64,000 nucleotides of DNA from Paraspadella gotoi. Lineage: Eukaryota; Animalia; Chaetognatha. The notes below the pieces were generated by a model. That model ran no database searches and was not told the origin of the DNA. It saw nothing but the letters and a program-made list of their open reading frames with translations. Below are positions 1-12,945 of this stretch, piece after piece (position 1 is the stretch's first letter; the number at the start of each line of letters is the position of its first letter). Position numbers and translations under genes: made by a program. The DNA lies in assembly GCA_051294375.1 (NCBI GenBank), contig JBJCIZ010000239.1, positions 3,592,461-3,656,460 of the forward strand, written 5' to 3'.

Positions 1-1277
1 GGCCCAGCTTTTTATTGGAGAAAAAAAAATGGAATGCGTAGTTTGAAACAGAGTTTTGCGGCAGGAGTCAACTAAATGTATAATAATACAATATCCAGAA
101 AGTTGTCAAGGAATCAAGGGATCTGAACGGCGCAACGGTGAAAACGATTCACGTAATACGGAGAATCGAATGTTGAGAAAGATTTTCTTTTTCCGCCGCG
201 ATTCGAGACGAACTCATCAAATTGTCGAAATCCATCGCCAAAGAATTTTACGCTCCGCAACATGTTTTTTTCATATTTTTTCGATCTTTTTGGTTTTTTT
301 GTTCAATGAAAACAATTTACCGGAGACCTCAATACCAGTAACGTTTTATCCGTTCCGAGTTTATGCGCGGAGGGGTTTTTCTTTTTTTCGCTGCGTTATT
401 CTAGTCGCCGGCATTGCTAGCTCCGCGTTTCGCTAGTCTTTTTTTCTTTCTCACTTTTTCGGTTTTTTTGTATTTGTTCTTGTTATGTGCCCGTAGCTTT
501 TCTTTGCCGCTTTCCCCTTTCACGTTATAATTCTCTTTTTTTTTAAAACCCACGCTTTTTCTCATTTTTACTATTTTCCTAGCCCTAACTCTCTTTAGCT
601 ATCGTCGTGCACCTTCAATACACTCTTCTCTTTAAATTCTCGCGCAATTCGCTAAAACGCAGTCATGCTCTGCACCTCTTCTCTTTAATCCTGCTTTCTC
701 TCCTCCTACTCCTCCTCCTCCTTCCTCCTCCCTGTCTCTCCTTCTCCTGCGTAAAATGAGGCGGAAGTTTTCCCTGAAGTAGTGTTTGTGCTGAGATCGC
801 GTTTGACCTTCGAAACCCACCCGAAAGCGAAAGTTCCCCTTCTTCCCCATGAACTTCCACCTCGTTCCCGCCCCCCCAACGCCTGCCCACCTCCCGCTTT
901 TTCTTTGCTTCTCCTTTGCCGTACTTCCTTCCACTATTTCTCATTTCTATCATGTATACGATGTTGGTCTCCTCCTTTACCCTCTTTTCTATCGATCTTT
1001 TATCATTGTTTTCTATTTCCTTATCTTTCTCTCTGTCTCTTCATTTTTCTTTCTTCTCTTTCTTAACTTACCTCTATTGCGCTAGCTTGCCCAAGTCCCT
1101 TTATTTATCTACTTCCTCATCTCCCATCATTCTAGGATTCTTCTTACTTGTTTTCTTAGTCATTTGTTTATTCAATTCGTCAGCTCTTGAATGTGTCTCT
1201 GCACTTCATGTTCTTCACCGCACACGCCTCATAGAGTTAATGAATACATTAGCCGATTGCGCACCTATGCACATTTA

Positions 1278-1313
<36 letters not shown>

Positions 1314-4300
1314 ATCTATCTATTTCAATTGGCATCTACCTCTCTGACTTTCCTGTGCGTCAGTTATCTGCCTAATCCCTGTCTATGCTTTGTATCATTC
1401 AATCCATGTGATAAACCCTCCCCCCCACATACGATCGAAATTCTGCAACATCTCCACCTCCGGCCCAGCCCCCCCTCCCAAGGGTTTGGGAAACCCCCAT
1501 CGGCCCTCGTGAAACTGCCTAATAGGTGTATCCTGCCGACCGCCGGACGTCTCGTACGAAGCGGGCTTCCATTATTTCCGTCCTACAACAACAGCGTTCT
1601 TCACGATTGCGCAACGAAACAGTTTCTTGCTCGTTTCGATTTCGCTTCCGTTCGTCGTTCGTTTCGCTTTTTACAAGCAGTGTGTGTATTTCCCGTTGTT
1701 TTTTATTCGTGGCATTGGTCTTCTTTCCTGACCACCTCCTTAAAGAAGGGGGCAGAAAAGACTATGATCCCGTTATTGTTGACAACCACTGGCAACGATG
1801 TACATGAGAACAGATCAAACAACGACAACCGCCTATCTTCTGTCCTTTTTTTTTTTTTTTTTTTTATGCGAAACCGCAAAAATTGCTTCGACTTGTTTTG
1901 GTGTGAAGTTGGGAGACGTGAGGTTTTGAACGGGAATTTTTTGAATCTGGCTTTTTCCTGTTTCAATCTTTGACTTTAGCTCTTTATGATTCAGTTGTTG
2001 TTTTTTATTTTTGGTCATGGTAGCAGCGTTTAAGGTTCTCTCATACCTTGTCAGCTCAGTATAAGTTATTAGTTTCGAAAAATAGTTAATGTGTTTTTTT
2101 TTATTGATGTTTGACAAAAAATGCAAAAAACTAATCAAAAGATGGTTTAGATTTTTAAAAGATTAACGTTTGAAAGGTTTTTCGGCGGATTTGAAAATAA
2201 ATATTGGATAAGTTTTTTCAGATTCGCAATTGTATGCTTGTTTTGGATCTTAATTTTGTCATCTTTAAATTCGTAATCTGTGACATATTTAAATAACAAT
2301 CCGAAGTTTTATACAATTTGTTAACTGTTTGTTGAGTTGTTTGTTTAAATTTATAGTTACTGTTAAAAAAAAAACCAACAGCATGCAGAAGGAAAAAGAA
2401 TCTTCTGACGACGACGACGACGACGAACGACGACCGAGCGACTCAATCGGACCAGTCGTCTTTCTGCCCTGTCCCCCCAGCCGTCAACCTTTTGATCGGG
2501 TCCCCGAGTTTCAAGGTCACGTGACCTCAGTTTTTCCGCCGCCCCGACTACATCAAGTCCTTTTTCGAAAGGTCTCTCCTCGGGCGCCAAGGACTCCACC
2601 CCCACGCTCCACCCCTCTTATGGGTTAGCCACTTCCTGGTCCTAAGCGACGATTCTCGAACGCTTACGCGTTGTCCATGAGCTTTTCGTCCTCTGGACGA
2701 AATATAGTCTTTCTTTTCAATCAGATCGTGTATATTGGTACACGGTAGTATAGTAAAGTACATACAAGAAGTATTATATACAAAGTGTAATAATACCATA
2801 AAAGTATGACGTAATCTATATGAGTGAGATATGTATGATAAGATACTCATCATAAATAGTGCTGCTGAGCTTGAGCACTTTAGGAGCATGTCTTATTTGG
2901 GCATATTAGGAGTTCATCGTCGCTTGAGCTCCGGCTTACGAGGTAACTTATCAAAGTGAGCAATGTATCGCACGAAGATATGGGCTGAGAAGTGGTGATT
3001 GCGTATAGCGTGGAATTGAGTTACTGTTGGCATACATTATCATTGCTTTGACGCTTGGAGGAAGTAGTGTACGCTTTCGTGGTATAGATAGAGCTCGTAT
3101 TACTCGATCTGCATCGCTAACGATGCTCGCAGGAATACTTTTTCCGCTTGCGTAACTATACCACTGAGCCGAGGTAGACTACGTATTAGTAGCGGTGAAC
3201 GATATAGATGCTGATAACCTGCGTCTGCAGATAGGACATTTGGGTTAAAAAATAACGTCGTAACGCTGTTGGGAAGAAGATGAACTGAGTAGAAGCATAA
3301 TTAAGCGCAAAATGGTCCATAGAGCGTCGTCACCGCCCTAATCGACTCCGGTCGTAGTACAGTCCGGTCTGGCTGTTCACAGCTCAGAAAGAATAAGTCT
3401 TTAACCATGGTCTGTTAGATAAATCAGTTGTGGTTTTTTAATGTTTTTAAATTAGTCAAAATCCTATTATATTTCGTATACACAGACACTTCTCGAAAAC
3501 TGTATTTTCGGACACAATCAAACTGTATCAACCATATCTTGCATTCCTTTAATGGTTTTTAATATACGCGTCCGTTCAAAGTCCGTCCCATTCTCATAAG
3601 GAATCATATAACAATATGGTCATACTCTACGAGTTAATGAGGTTTATACATTGGCAAAAAGTTCACCGCGCGAAATATAAATCTGAATATGGTGAAATAA
3701 TAAGAAAATGTACAGAAAAAATAAAGTAGAGGTGACGAGGTCCAGAGATTAAAGAGAATGGCGCAAATATAGATCGAAACGAAGCATTTGACAATGTGCT
3801 AAGACGTCGAGATACATGTGGAGAGATCTACACGCGTGAGAACTCTCTTCACTGCTATCTTCGACTCCATCACGTTATATCTGTTTCGGTTGGGTATGTA
3901 TGAATTGTGTTATTGCCATAAAGAAAGTTGCAGTTGATTTTCAATGGCAGCGAGGACGCATCGTTGATACGCTCGTGCCTGCAGATATAAAACGTGTTCT
4001 AACATCTCAATGAATTACGATACGTTTAGAGACAGCTCTGTTTATACTAAATGCTTATAGAATAAATGAGATTGAGATTATAGTCGTTATATTAAGAGAG
4101 AGGACACAGATTTGTTAGTGCAAGCCACATCATAAAAAAATACACTCACACTAACTCAATCTCATAACATCCAAGGACCGTAAGAGTAAGAGTAGATAAC
4201 ATAGAGCAGCATGTAGCAGCTGTTATGTAGTAGTAAACTCTGATGACAGTACGCTGTACGTCAATTTGAGTTGAAAGCAATTGACCCGTGGAAAATTAGC

Positions 4301-7300
4301 TCGAATAGAAGAAAAAAAATTGACTAATTTATCTCGTTTAAATGCTGAAAGGCACTCCAGTGTTTTTGGTAATAACGTTAAACATGTGTACGGATCGCTT
4401 CGAGATTCAAACTGTTAGATGTTAGAACCCGAGGAGCCGACGTATCGGAAGCGTTAGCGTCCCTGCTGTCATTGAAAATAAATCAACTTTCTCTACAATA
4501 CCCAATACAGATACAATACCCAATCCGACAAATATAACGAGGGATTCAGAAACCATAATTTCGTAACGCGTGAGACTTGAATTTATCATTCGTCTTGGCC
4601 CTCACCTGACTTTTTTTTTCTCGTTATTTTCACCTTGCAATGATCTATTTGGCCGGTGATATCTTTTGCCAAGATGAATACCGTCATAACTCGTGAGATG
4701 CAATTCTACAGAAATGGGCAGTTGAACGGGACCGCGAAATTAAAAAACCATAGCGAATGCAATAGTGGTTTTGAATACAGTTTTGATTTAACCGAAACAT
4801 TTCGAAATCTGGTGTATAAGAAAAGAAAAAAAATTTCAATAAGTTTTAAAAAATTGTGTATATCAACCAACCCCTGTTTAAAATTATTTTCCAGCTGTAA
4901 AGGGGTTTGGTAATATGGCGGTGACCGTATAGTATACGTTAGTAAGCACTACGTATATTCCGTTGAGGCAAGATGTGAAAAAGTAATTTGCAGGCATTAG
5001 AGCAATGGGTAACGGATTTAAAACGAAATGTTCAGTAAAGCAATTATGTTGAAAAAAATTAGTTTTGAAAAAAGCATATTCTGTATGCAACTTCAGTTGA
5101 TTCAGGGAAGCCCCGAGCTAAGCAGAGTCCTTATGTTGAACGAGACTGTCCAAAAGGAGCCAGGGCAGCGCTAATTCTATTGAATAAAATAAATACTTTT
5201 TTATATACTATTTACACCTTTGTATAGCGTTTGTATACTTTTATATCTATGTACCCAATGAACAACGATCTATGGAGGAACGAAGAACTTTATTCGTCCG
5301 TAGAGATAGTCAGCGGGGTAGAGCTTCAAACGCGTCGCTAAGACAGGAAATCAAAGGGTGAGGTGGGGGTGAAGTCCTTCGCCCGCGAGAGAGACCATCT
5401 TTCGAAAAAGTGACCTGATGAGTTCGGGGCGGGCGGAAAACTGACGGTCACGTGGAGCCTGGTGAAACCTCGGACCCGGAAAAGGTGACGCCTGGCGAGA
5501 AAAGACGAGTGGTCCGGTTGAGTCGTCGTCGGTCGTCGGTCGTCGTCGTCGTCGTCAGAAGATTCTTTCTTCTTGATTGTTGGTTTTATTTGTTTTTAAG
5601 TTAAATATAATTTAAACAAACAAGCTTCGAACAAACCAGTTTTAGACAATTTATATAAACTGTCGGATTGTATTTTAAATGTACAGATTGACGATTTAAG
5701 ATGACAAAATTAAGAAATCAAACAGACGCATACAGATTGTAATCTGATAAACTAACGACCACAATATTTTATGTTTCAAATCCGCCGAAAACCTTTCAAA
5801 ATTAATCGTTCTTAAAAATCTAAAACAGATTTTTGAATTATGTTTTTGATCATTTTGTCAAAACCATCAATAAGAAAAAAACACATATACTAATGTTTCG
5901 AAACTAATTAATATATCTGAGGCGGTCTGAACAGGTATGAGAGAACTTTGACGCTGCTTTTGACGCCAAAAAAAAAAAAACCTAATTTCAATAAAGACTA
6001 AAGTCAAAGAATGAAAAGATGAAAAGTGTGAAGAACATGAGACAGAGAAAGCTCGAAGGGTCAATATCGGAGATACGGGCAGGTCGAGCGTAGAAGCCAG
6101 ATCAAATCCCGTGTCAACAGAAACGCTCAAGTCCTCCAACTTCACACAAAAAGTCGAACATATTTTTTGCGTGTTCGATAAAAAAAAAAAAAAAAAAAAG
6201 GAAGAAATTAGGCGGGTTGTGCGTTGTTTGTTGTTCCTGTAATGCCGTTGCCAGTGGTTTTCAAACATAAGGAGAGATCATAAAGTTTTTCTGGCCCTTT
6301 CTGTTTTAGGAGTGGTCCAGGAAAGAAGCCATAGCGCACGAAAAAAAAAAAAAGAGGGAAAACTGTTATAAAAAAAGCGAGTAAGCGAACCGCACGAAAC
6401 GGGAATAGCGAAATCGAAAACGGGAAGCAAGAATACTGGTTTCGTTGGAATCGTGAAGAGCTGTTGTTGCTAGGAGAAATAATTGTGAGCCTCGGTAGCG
6501 AGAAGTCGGCGGTTGCAAGAACACCTATTAGGAGGTTTGACGCAGGTTGCCGATGGGGGTTTTCCAAGCCTGAGGAGGGGCGGGCCTGGGGAGGTGGAAG
6601 ATGTTTGGAGAATTCGATCGTATGTGGGGGGGAAGGGTTTAAGGGATTGAATGATACACAAGATAGACAGATACGGCAGATGAACTGGACGCACAGATAA
6701 GTCAGAGAGGTATGAATGAATAATAGATAGAATAGTAGCATAGATAGAATATCGATTAGGATAGATAGATTAATAAATGGGATAAGGTGCTGGGCACGAA
6801 TCGGGGTTTAATTGGATTTGGCATTTAACTATGAGGTGTGGGTGAAGAAATAGGAATTGAGAGAACATTTAAGACTGAACGAATGAATAAAATACTAAGA
6901 ACAAGAAGAAGGAAACTCTAGAATGATGGATGATGAGGATATAGAATAATGGAAGGACTTGCGGAAGCCTAGAATAAGAAGAAGTTAAAAGAGGAAGTAA
7001 AGAAAAGTGAAAGAAGAGAGAAAGAAGTGAATAGGAAAAAATTTGTATACAGAAGAAAAGAAAAGAAAAAAAAAGGATCGATAGAAAAGAGGGTAAAGGG
7101 AGGAGACCACACATCGTAAGATAGAAATGAGAAATAGTGGAAGGAAGTACGCTCGCAAACAGAAGAGGAAGCACAGAGAAAAGCGGGAGGTGGGGCAGGG
7201 GTCGGTTGGGGGGGTGGGGACATGGGTGGGAGGTCATGCGGGGTGGAAAGAAGTCGGGGGACTTTCGCTATGTGCGGGTTATCGTTGAACGAATAGGGTA

Positions 7301-8171
7301 TCAAAACTCGCGGAGACAGCATACGTCAGCAGCAAACACTCTTTCAAGGGAATTCAGCCGTCATTCTGCGCAGGAGAATGAGGAAGGGGAGGAGGAGGGG
7401 AGGAGGAGGGAGGAGAGAAAAGAGGACATTTAAAGAGAGTAGGTGAGAGCCATGAACGGTTTGAAGCGAATTGCGTGAGAAAATTAAGAGAAAGAAGTGT
7501 TATGAAGGTGGAAGAGATAGTAAAATGGGAGTTAGGGCTAGGAAAAAGTAAAAAATGAGAAGCGTTGGGGGTTTTTAAAAGAAAAAGAGAATTAACGTGA
7601 AAGGTAAAGCGGCAAATAAGAAAAGGTACCGGACTAAAAAGAAAAAAAAAAACGGTGAAATGATGAAAGAGAAAAAGCCGAAGCGGTAGAAATCTCGAGA
7701 AAAACGCGGAAAAAAAAAAAAACCCACCCGCGCGGGTCGTAGAACGTATCGCGGAAGTACGTGAAAAAACGCTGTAGTGTGTTAGAGGAGCGGAAGCTTC
7801 GGTAAAAAGATTGCTTGGTTTCAATGAAAAAATAAGAAAAACAAGCGAAAATCAAAGAAAAACATTTGGGAGCGAATTTTATGGCCGAATGGGATGAAGA
7901 TTTGATGGAAGTTGTTCGTTCTCGACGAAATGCCGCGGGACAAGGAAGAATATTCTTTTCTCAACAATTCGATGTGCTCCGTAATGTGAATGGTCGTTTG
8001 TTCGCCAGCAACCGTTGCGCGCGGTTCGCAAGGAATCCTGGGATTCCTCCGGACAATTTCTGGATATAGTTTTATTATTTAATTACGCGAGCATTTGTTA
8101 TCTGTCTGCGCCAAGCTCTTTTTACAACCTACGCGCATTTCACATTTTTTTTTCTCACATAAAGCTGGGCC
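1..8171. repeat. fold-back inverted duplication centred near 4100-4250, probable long-read artefact
   Basis: The window start ggcccagcttt... matches the reverse complement of ...aaagctgggcc at 8161-8171. 2400-2600 mirrors 5370-5570 and 3480-3760 mirrors 4590-4850. The arms differ by dense indels and end near a 25-N gap. Confidence 0.88.
6208..6524 (-). CDS. candidate terminal exon of the XK-related gene (error-laden; mirrored at ~1526-1840 on +)
   Basis: Acceptor cctaatag|GT is in phase 1 with exon 4. A hydrophobic stretch is followed by a tail shared by both mirrored copies in different frames (FxDHL..K.G.EK.YD....ENHWQR). Frame and stop are uncertain. Confidence 0.4.
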
Positions 8172-8279
8172 TGTTGATCTTAACGAAGAGTGGTGAATAG
8201 TCTCACATATATGGTTCATTATTGTATTAGTAGTNNNNNNNNNNNNNNNNNNNNNNNNNAAAACCTCATCTTAACTCAC

Positions 8280-8612
8280 CCGGAATGGAGACCAAACTCA
8301 GCACCAACAATATGACCGGAATCAAAACGGCGGGAATGAATATCCCCGGCGTCTTGACGCTCGGATCCTTCGACGCCGGGGCGAAGACGCCGTCTCTCTC
8401 GGCCTCCACGGCAAACATCGTCGACGTTATCACCGTCGCCCAGATGGCGCTGGAGGCCAGCAGCGACAGCGGCAGCCGCATCAGCAGCGAGATCGGGGCG
8501 AAGCCGCCCTTTTGACGCAGGAAGGAGACGGAGTTGATGACGACCACGCCCATCGACATGGAAGAGGTGAGCATCGAGGTGAGTTCTAGAACGGTCAACC
8601 GGTTGGCCAGGC
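8280..8612 (-). CDS. XK-related protein, exon 4 (G-LANRLTVLELTSMLTSSMSMG...VILLVLSLVSIP-G)
   Basis: Acceptor ccccag|GC in phase 1 matches exon 3. Contains an S-x3-S-x2-S helix typical of XK proteins plus further TM segments. Donor CCGG|gtgagt, phase 1. Confidence 0.82.
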
Positions 8613-9455
8613 CTGGGGTTTTTTTTTTTGGTTTTGAAGAAAGGTAAGTAAGGGATGGGGTAATTGTTAGGCGAGGTAAGGCGAGTCCCCACGCTTTCTA
8701 ATCCAAATCAAAATTGCTTGCAAAATCCATTGCTTGCCCAATCAACTGCTTGTCCAGTCTCTTCAACTTTTAATAAATCTAATGTATCTGCCTGGTTTTC
8801 TTATACATATATACAATGTATATTATACATATATCTCGACGACAGCTTTTACAGTAATATATAAAAAAAAAACATAACTTCCCTAACGAAACTCGAACGC
8901 TCCAGCACTCCATCACTTTCGCATTACATCAATCCAGCACTCAATCACTCCAGCACTCCCCCACTTCTGCATAAGTTTCTCTAATCGCGAAATTTATTGG
9001 GGAAATGCGTCTCGTAAATAGAGAGACGTTCCTGCGGTGATGTACAACAGCGAGAAAAGGACGAAATAATGGGCAGAAAAAGGAAGGACATAAAGAAGGG
9101 AAAATGAAGCGATAAAGAAAAGATAAGAGGGGAAATAGAAGTAAAGAAATAAAAGGTAAATGGAACGATAGAGTCAGAAAGAATGATTGGACCAAGAAAG
9201 ATATAGATAGAAAGAAAGTAAGAAAGTAAGATAGAAAAGAAATGAAACGAAAGAAAGAAAGAAAAAAGAAAGAAAAAAAGAAAAAAATAGAAAGAAAGAA
9301 AGAAAGAAAGAAAGAAAAAAATAGAAATAAATAAAAACAATCATCTAAAGAGAGAAAACAATAACAAAAAACAAAAGAAAAAAAATATTAGGGGAAAAAA
9401 TATAAAAGCTTACCCATCCCCTTAAAAACCTTCCCTCATCTCACCCAGCCCTCAC

Positions 9456-9621
9456 CGATCTTCGCCGAGGTAAGTATAAGCTGCGGCAGACTTTCCCACT
9501 GCGCCTCGATCAGCTGGATCGAACGCAGCTTTTGCTGCAGGACGCCGATGTTGCGCGCGGCGCCGCGGCGGCCGGCGCCGGAGCAGCTTTTCAGACGGAG
9601 GATGTCGACGAGAAACCAGAT
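9456..9621 (-). CDS. XK-related protein, exon 3 (IWFLVDIL...LIEAQWESLPQLILTSAKI-G)
   Basis: Acceptor ccctccag|ATC, phase 0. Contains E-x3-E-S-x-P-Q-L, the XK-family signature. Donor ATCG|gtgagg, phase 1. Confidence 0.88.
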
Positions 9622-10206
9622 CTGGAGGGAGGCGGAGGGGAAGGAAGAAGAGGAAGAGGAAGAAGAGGAGNNNNNNNNNNAGGCGGAGGGGAAGGAGGAA
9701 GAGGAAGAGGAAGAAGAGGAGGAAGAGGAGGAAGAGGAGGAAGAGGGGAGGAGGAGGGGAAGTGAGGGAGTGAGGAGAGAATGTGGTAGAGGAGGAAGAA
9801 GGATAAGGGGAGGAAGAGAAAGAGGCGTTTTTTTCTTAGAACACCCGACCCTGCTATACCTCGGAGGAGGAGGGAGACGGAAAAGAGGAGGCCGTATTTT
9901 TTTAAGAAAATAAATTTTAACCAAAAAAAAAAAAATCCGATATTAATTAATTTAAATAAATTTAGATTAAATTAATTAAATTAAAAAAAAGAGAGAAACG
10001 AAACAAAAAAAAAAACTAATAAAAACCAAAGAAACAAAATTAAACTAAAAAAACAACTTAAAACAAAATATACATCGTTTCAGCTAAGCGTAATACATTT
10101 CTAGTTTTTTCTCCAAAATTATAATTAATATTCTAATAAAGAATTTTTAAATTATCCAAAAAAAAAAAAAAGATGATTCACGTCCACATTTGAGTCTCCG
10201 CTCCAC

Positions 10207-10352
10207 CTTGTAGAAAGGTAGCATAAGATGAGCGGGCAGAGCGATGACCACGCTGACGAGCCCGCGTCGGACAGGGCTGGCGATTCTGTCCGACAGTTCG
10301 AACCAGGCCAGGCGCATGCCTGCCGCGTAGACGAGAACCACCATGATGGTGC
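10207..10352 (-). CDS. XK-related protein, exon 2 (G-TIMVVLVYAAGMRLAWF...ALPAHLMLPFYK)
   Basis: Acceptor ttttcag|GC in phase 1 matches exon 1; donor AAG|gtggag, phase 0. Encodes hydrophobic segments. Confidence 0.85.
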
Positions 10353-10710
10353 CTGAAAACATGGGTTGAGGGGAAAGAAGAAATTAAAGAGAGGGATTTA
10401 TAGTTAAACATTGGTAAATATCAAATATTTTATAAAACGTTTTATGAGCATTTAAGTAAGCAGTTCATTTGTGATGTGACTAAAAGATTATATGAATTTT
10501 TAGAACTTTTTAGAACTTTTAGAAAAAAAAAGCTTTTGATCTAATTAATCTTAAAACATATTACGAATATATACTATTATTATATCTACAACATTACTAT
10601 ATTTTACATTTCTGCCGACCGAGCGATTAAAACACATTTATTCCCACTTCCAAATGTCATCAAATGATCATTTGTCTTTAAAAGAGAAAAAAAAACAAGC
10701 TGAACGCTCG

Positions 10711-10772
<62 letters not shown>

Positions 10773-10892
10773 TTCTCTCATAACGTAGAAAAACGCTCAT
10801 ACAAGCTCGAGAACACGTGCCGTCATAAAAAACAAATTTTACGGGTTTTTTTCGCTGTCTGGGCTCTGAGAAGTCCCGCCAGGAAAGAGAGA

Positions 10893-10945
<53 letters not shown>

Positions 10946-11269
10946 ACATAATGAAATGAAAGGAGGATACGTTTTCTCTTCCGCTGTCCGTTCTGTCTGT
11001 CTGTCTATCTGAAGGCTGTCCGACGGTCGACTTCGCCAGGAAACTGCGCCATGTATGAATATGGTTACGACTTCTTAACTTCTCAACCGGTCCTTACCCG
11101 AAGCCCCTAGCTCCACCCTTTCCTCTCCTTTCCTTTTCTCTCTTCCATTATTTCCCCTTAGGCTCCATTTCCTTTTTCAATCTTTTCTCCTTTTCCCAAT
11201 TTTGTTCATTAATCTCTAAATTTAATATTAACCATGATATTTGATATTAATCTTTATTCAAAATCATAT

Positions 11270-11520
11270 CCTAACCACTTATACTAAAACCTAACCTTTA
11301 TCCCTAACCCTTACCTAATCCTTAATCGCTAATCTTTAACCCATTCTAATCCCTAACTCTAATTTCTAATCCTAATTACTAATCCAAATCCACAACCGAT
11401 ATACTTAACCATATACTTATACATATCCATAACCGATATACTAATCCTAACTTTTAACCTAAAAATTAATTTTGTTCCGAATTTAAGATAAAATGGGGCG
11501 TTCTAGGAAAACAAGGACCT
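11270..11520 (+). repeat. degenerate (TAACCC/TAATCC)n tract in a dispersed element
   Basis: 6-bp periodic taaccc-like units. The 3' flank aatttaagataaaatggggcgttct resembles aatttagatgaaatgcggagcgttct at ~59368. Related tracts lie at 59230-59345 (+) and 25835-25925 (-). Confidence 0.55.
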
Positions 11521-12034
11521 CCGACCTTATTTAAAAATTATTCCCGCCTTCTCTCCTTTGTCCTATCCTTTTATTTCCTCGGGTCGTTTCTCCTTGCCTC
11601 AACTCCTTTCCTTTTTATTTCTTTATCCTTTCTTTCCTCCGTCCCGCCCTCCCTTTCTTTCCTCTTTCCATTTCACAACTTCTTTCCTTCCTTCCTAACT
11701 CCCTTCTTTCTTCTGATTCCTCCCTATCACAACTCTCTTTTCCTTTTTTCCTTTCTATTTTCCTGTCTCCCTTCCTTCCAGTTTTTCTTCCTCCCTTCCT
11801 CCCTTCCACATTTCCTCTCCTCTCTTCCTCTCTTTTCTTTTCTCCTTTCCTCCCTTCCTTTCTTCCCTTTCTCCCTGCCACCCTTTCATCCCCTGACTCC
11901 AAAGAAAAGGGAATTTCTTAATTCCCTCCCGGTTGTTGTAAAGAAATATCTCCTTTTGACCGAGCGACGACGATATACGGAAACTCGCGGGATGTAATGA
12001 GATTTGCTTGGAAGACCGACTATCCCCTCGGAAT

Positions 12035-12073
<39 letters not shown>

Positions 12074-12328
12074 CTATTTTGGCTTGGGTCACATCGATAA
12101 TTTTTTTTTCTGCTGAAGGTGAAATTTTCAGAGGGAGGGAGGGAGAAGAGTGAGAGAGAGAGACAGAGAGAAGAGAGAAAACCTTGTTGGCCTGGGTCAC
12201 ATCGATAATTTTTTTTTTTTGGTGGAAGGTGAAATTACTCTAAAGAGAGAGAAAAGAGAGAATCAGAGAGGGAGGGAGGGAGAGGGAGGGAGGGAGGAGA
12301 GGAGAGAGAGAGATAGATAGATAAGAGA

Positions 12329-12375
<47 letters not shown>

Positions 12376-12462
12376 CAACGAAAACTGACTTGGCTCAGTT
12401 TTCTTTCAATCATCGTCGAAGAGAAAAAGAAGATTCTGAGGTAAAGAAGGAAAGGAATTCAG

Positions 12463-12945
12463 GGAATGTGAGAATGGTGAGAATGTGAGAATGAGAGAAT
12501 GAGAGAATGAGAGGAAATTTTAGAATGTGAGAATGTGAGAATCGGGAATGTGGCAATGTAAGAATGTTAGAATGTGAGAATTGAGAATGAGAGAATGAGA
12601 GAATAGAGAAATTTTAGAAATGTGAGAATGGGGAATGTGGAAAATGTAAGAATGTTAGAATGGTGAGAATGTGAGAATGAGATGAGAGAATGTGATAGAG
12701 AATGTGGGAAGTGAGATGTGGGAATGTAAGTAAGATTGGAGAATGTGCGAATTTAGGATTGTTAGAATGTGGGAAAGTTAGAATGGTGAGAATGAGAGAA
12801 TGTTAGAATGTGAGAATGCGGGAATGTGGCAATGTAAGAATGTTAGAATGCTGAGAATGTGAGAATGAGAGAATGTTAGAATGTGAGTAATGTGATTGAG
12901 AGAATGTGGGAATGAAAGTGTTAGATTGAAAGAAATGAGAGAATA
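12463..12945 (+). repeat. 8-bp-unit satellite (GAATGTGA/GAATGAGA/GAATGTTA)n
   Basis: Directly visible tandem 8-mers with variant units. Confidence 0.9.

Noticed and set aside
1191-1973. 260-aa ORF as an independent gene
   Set aside because: It lies in the error-rich mirrored arm, includes a (TATC)n tract, and its frame is not maintained in the other arm.
4050-4250. Sequencing hairpin adapter at the fold-back centre
   Set aside because: No recognisable adapter sequence could be read here or at ~33440; the sequence is too noisy to call.
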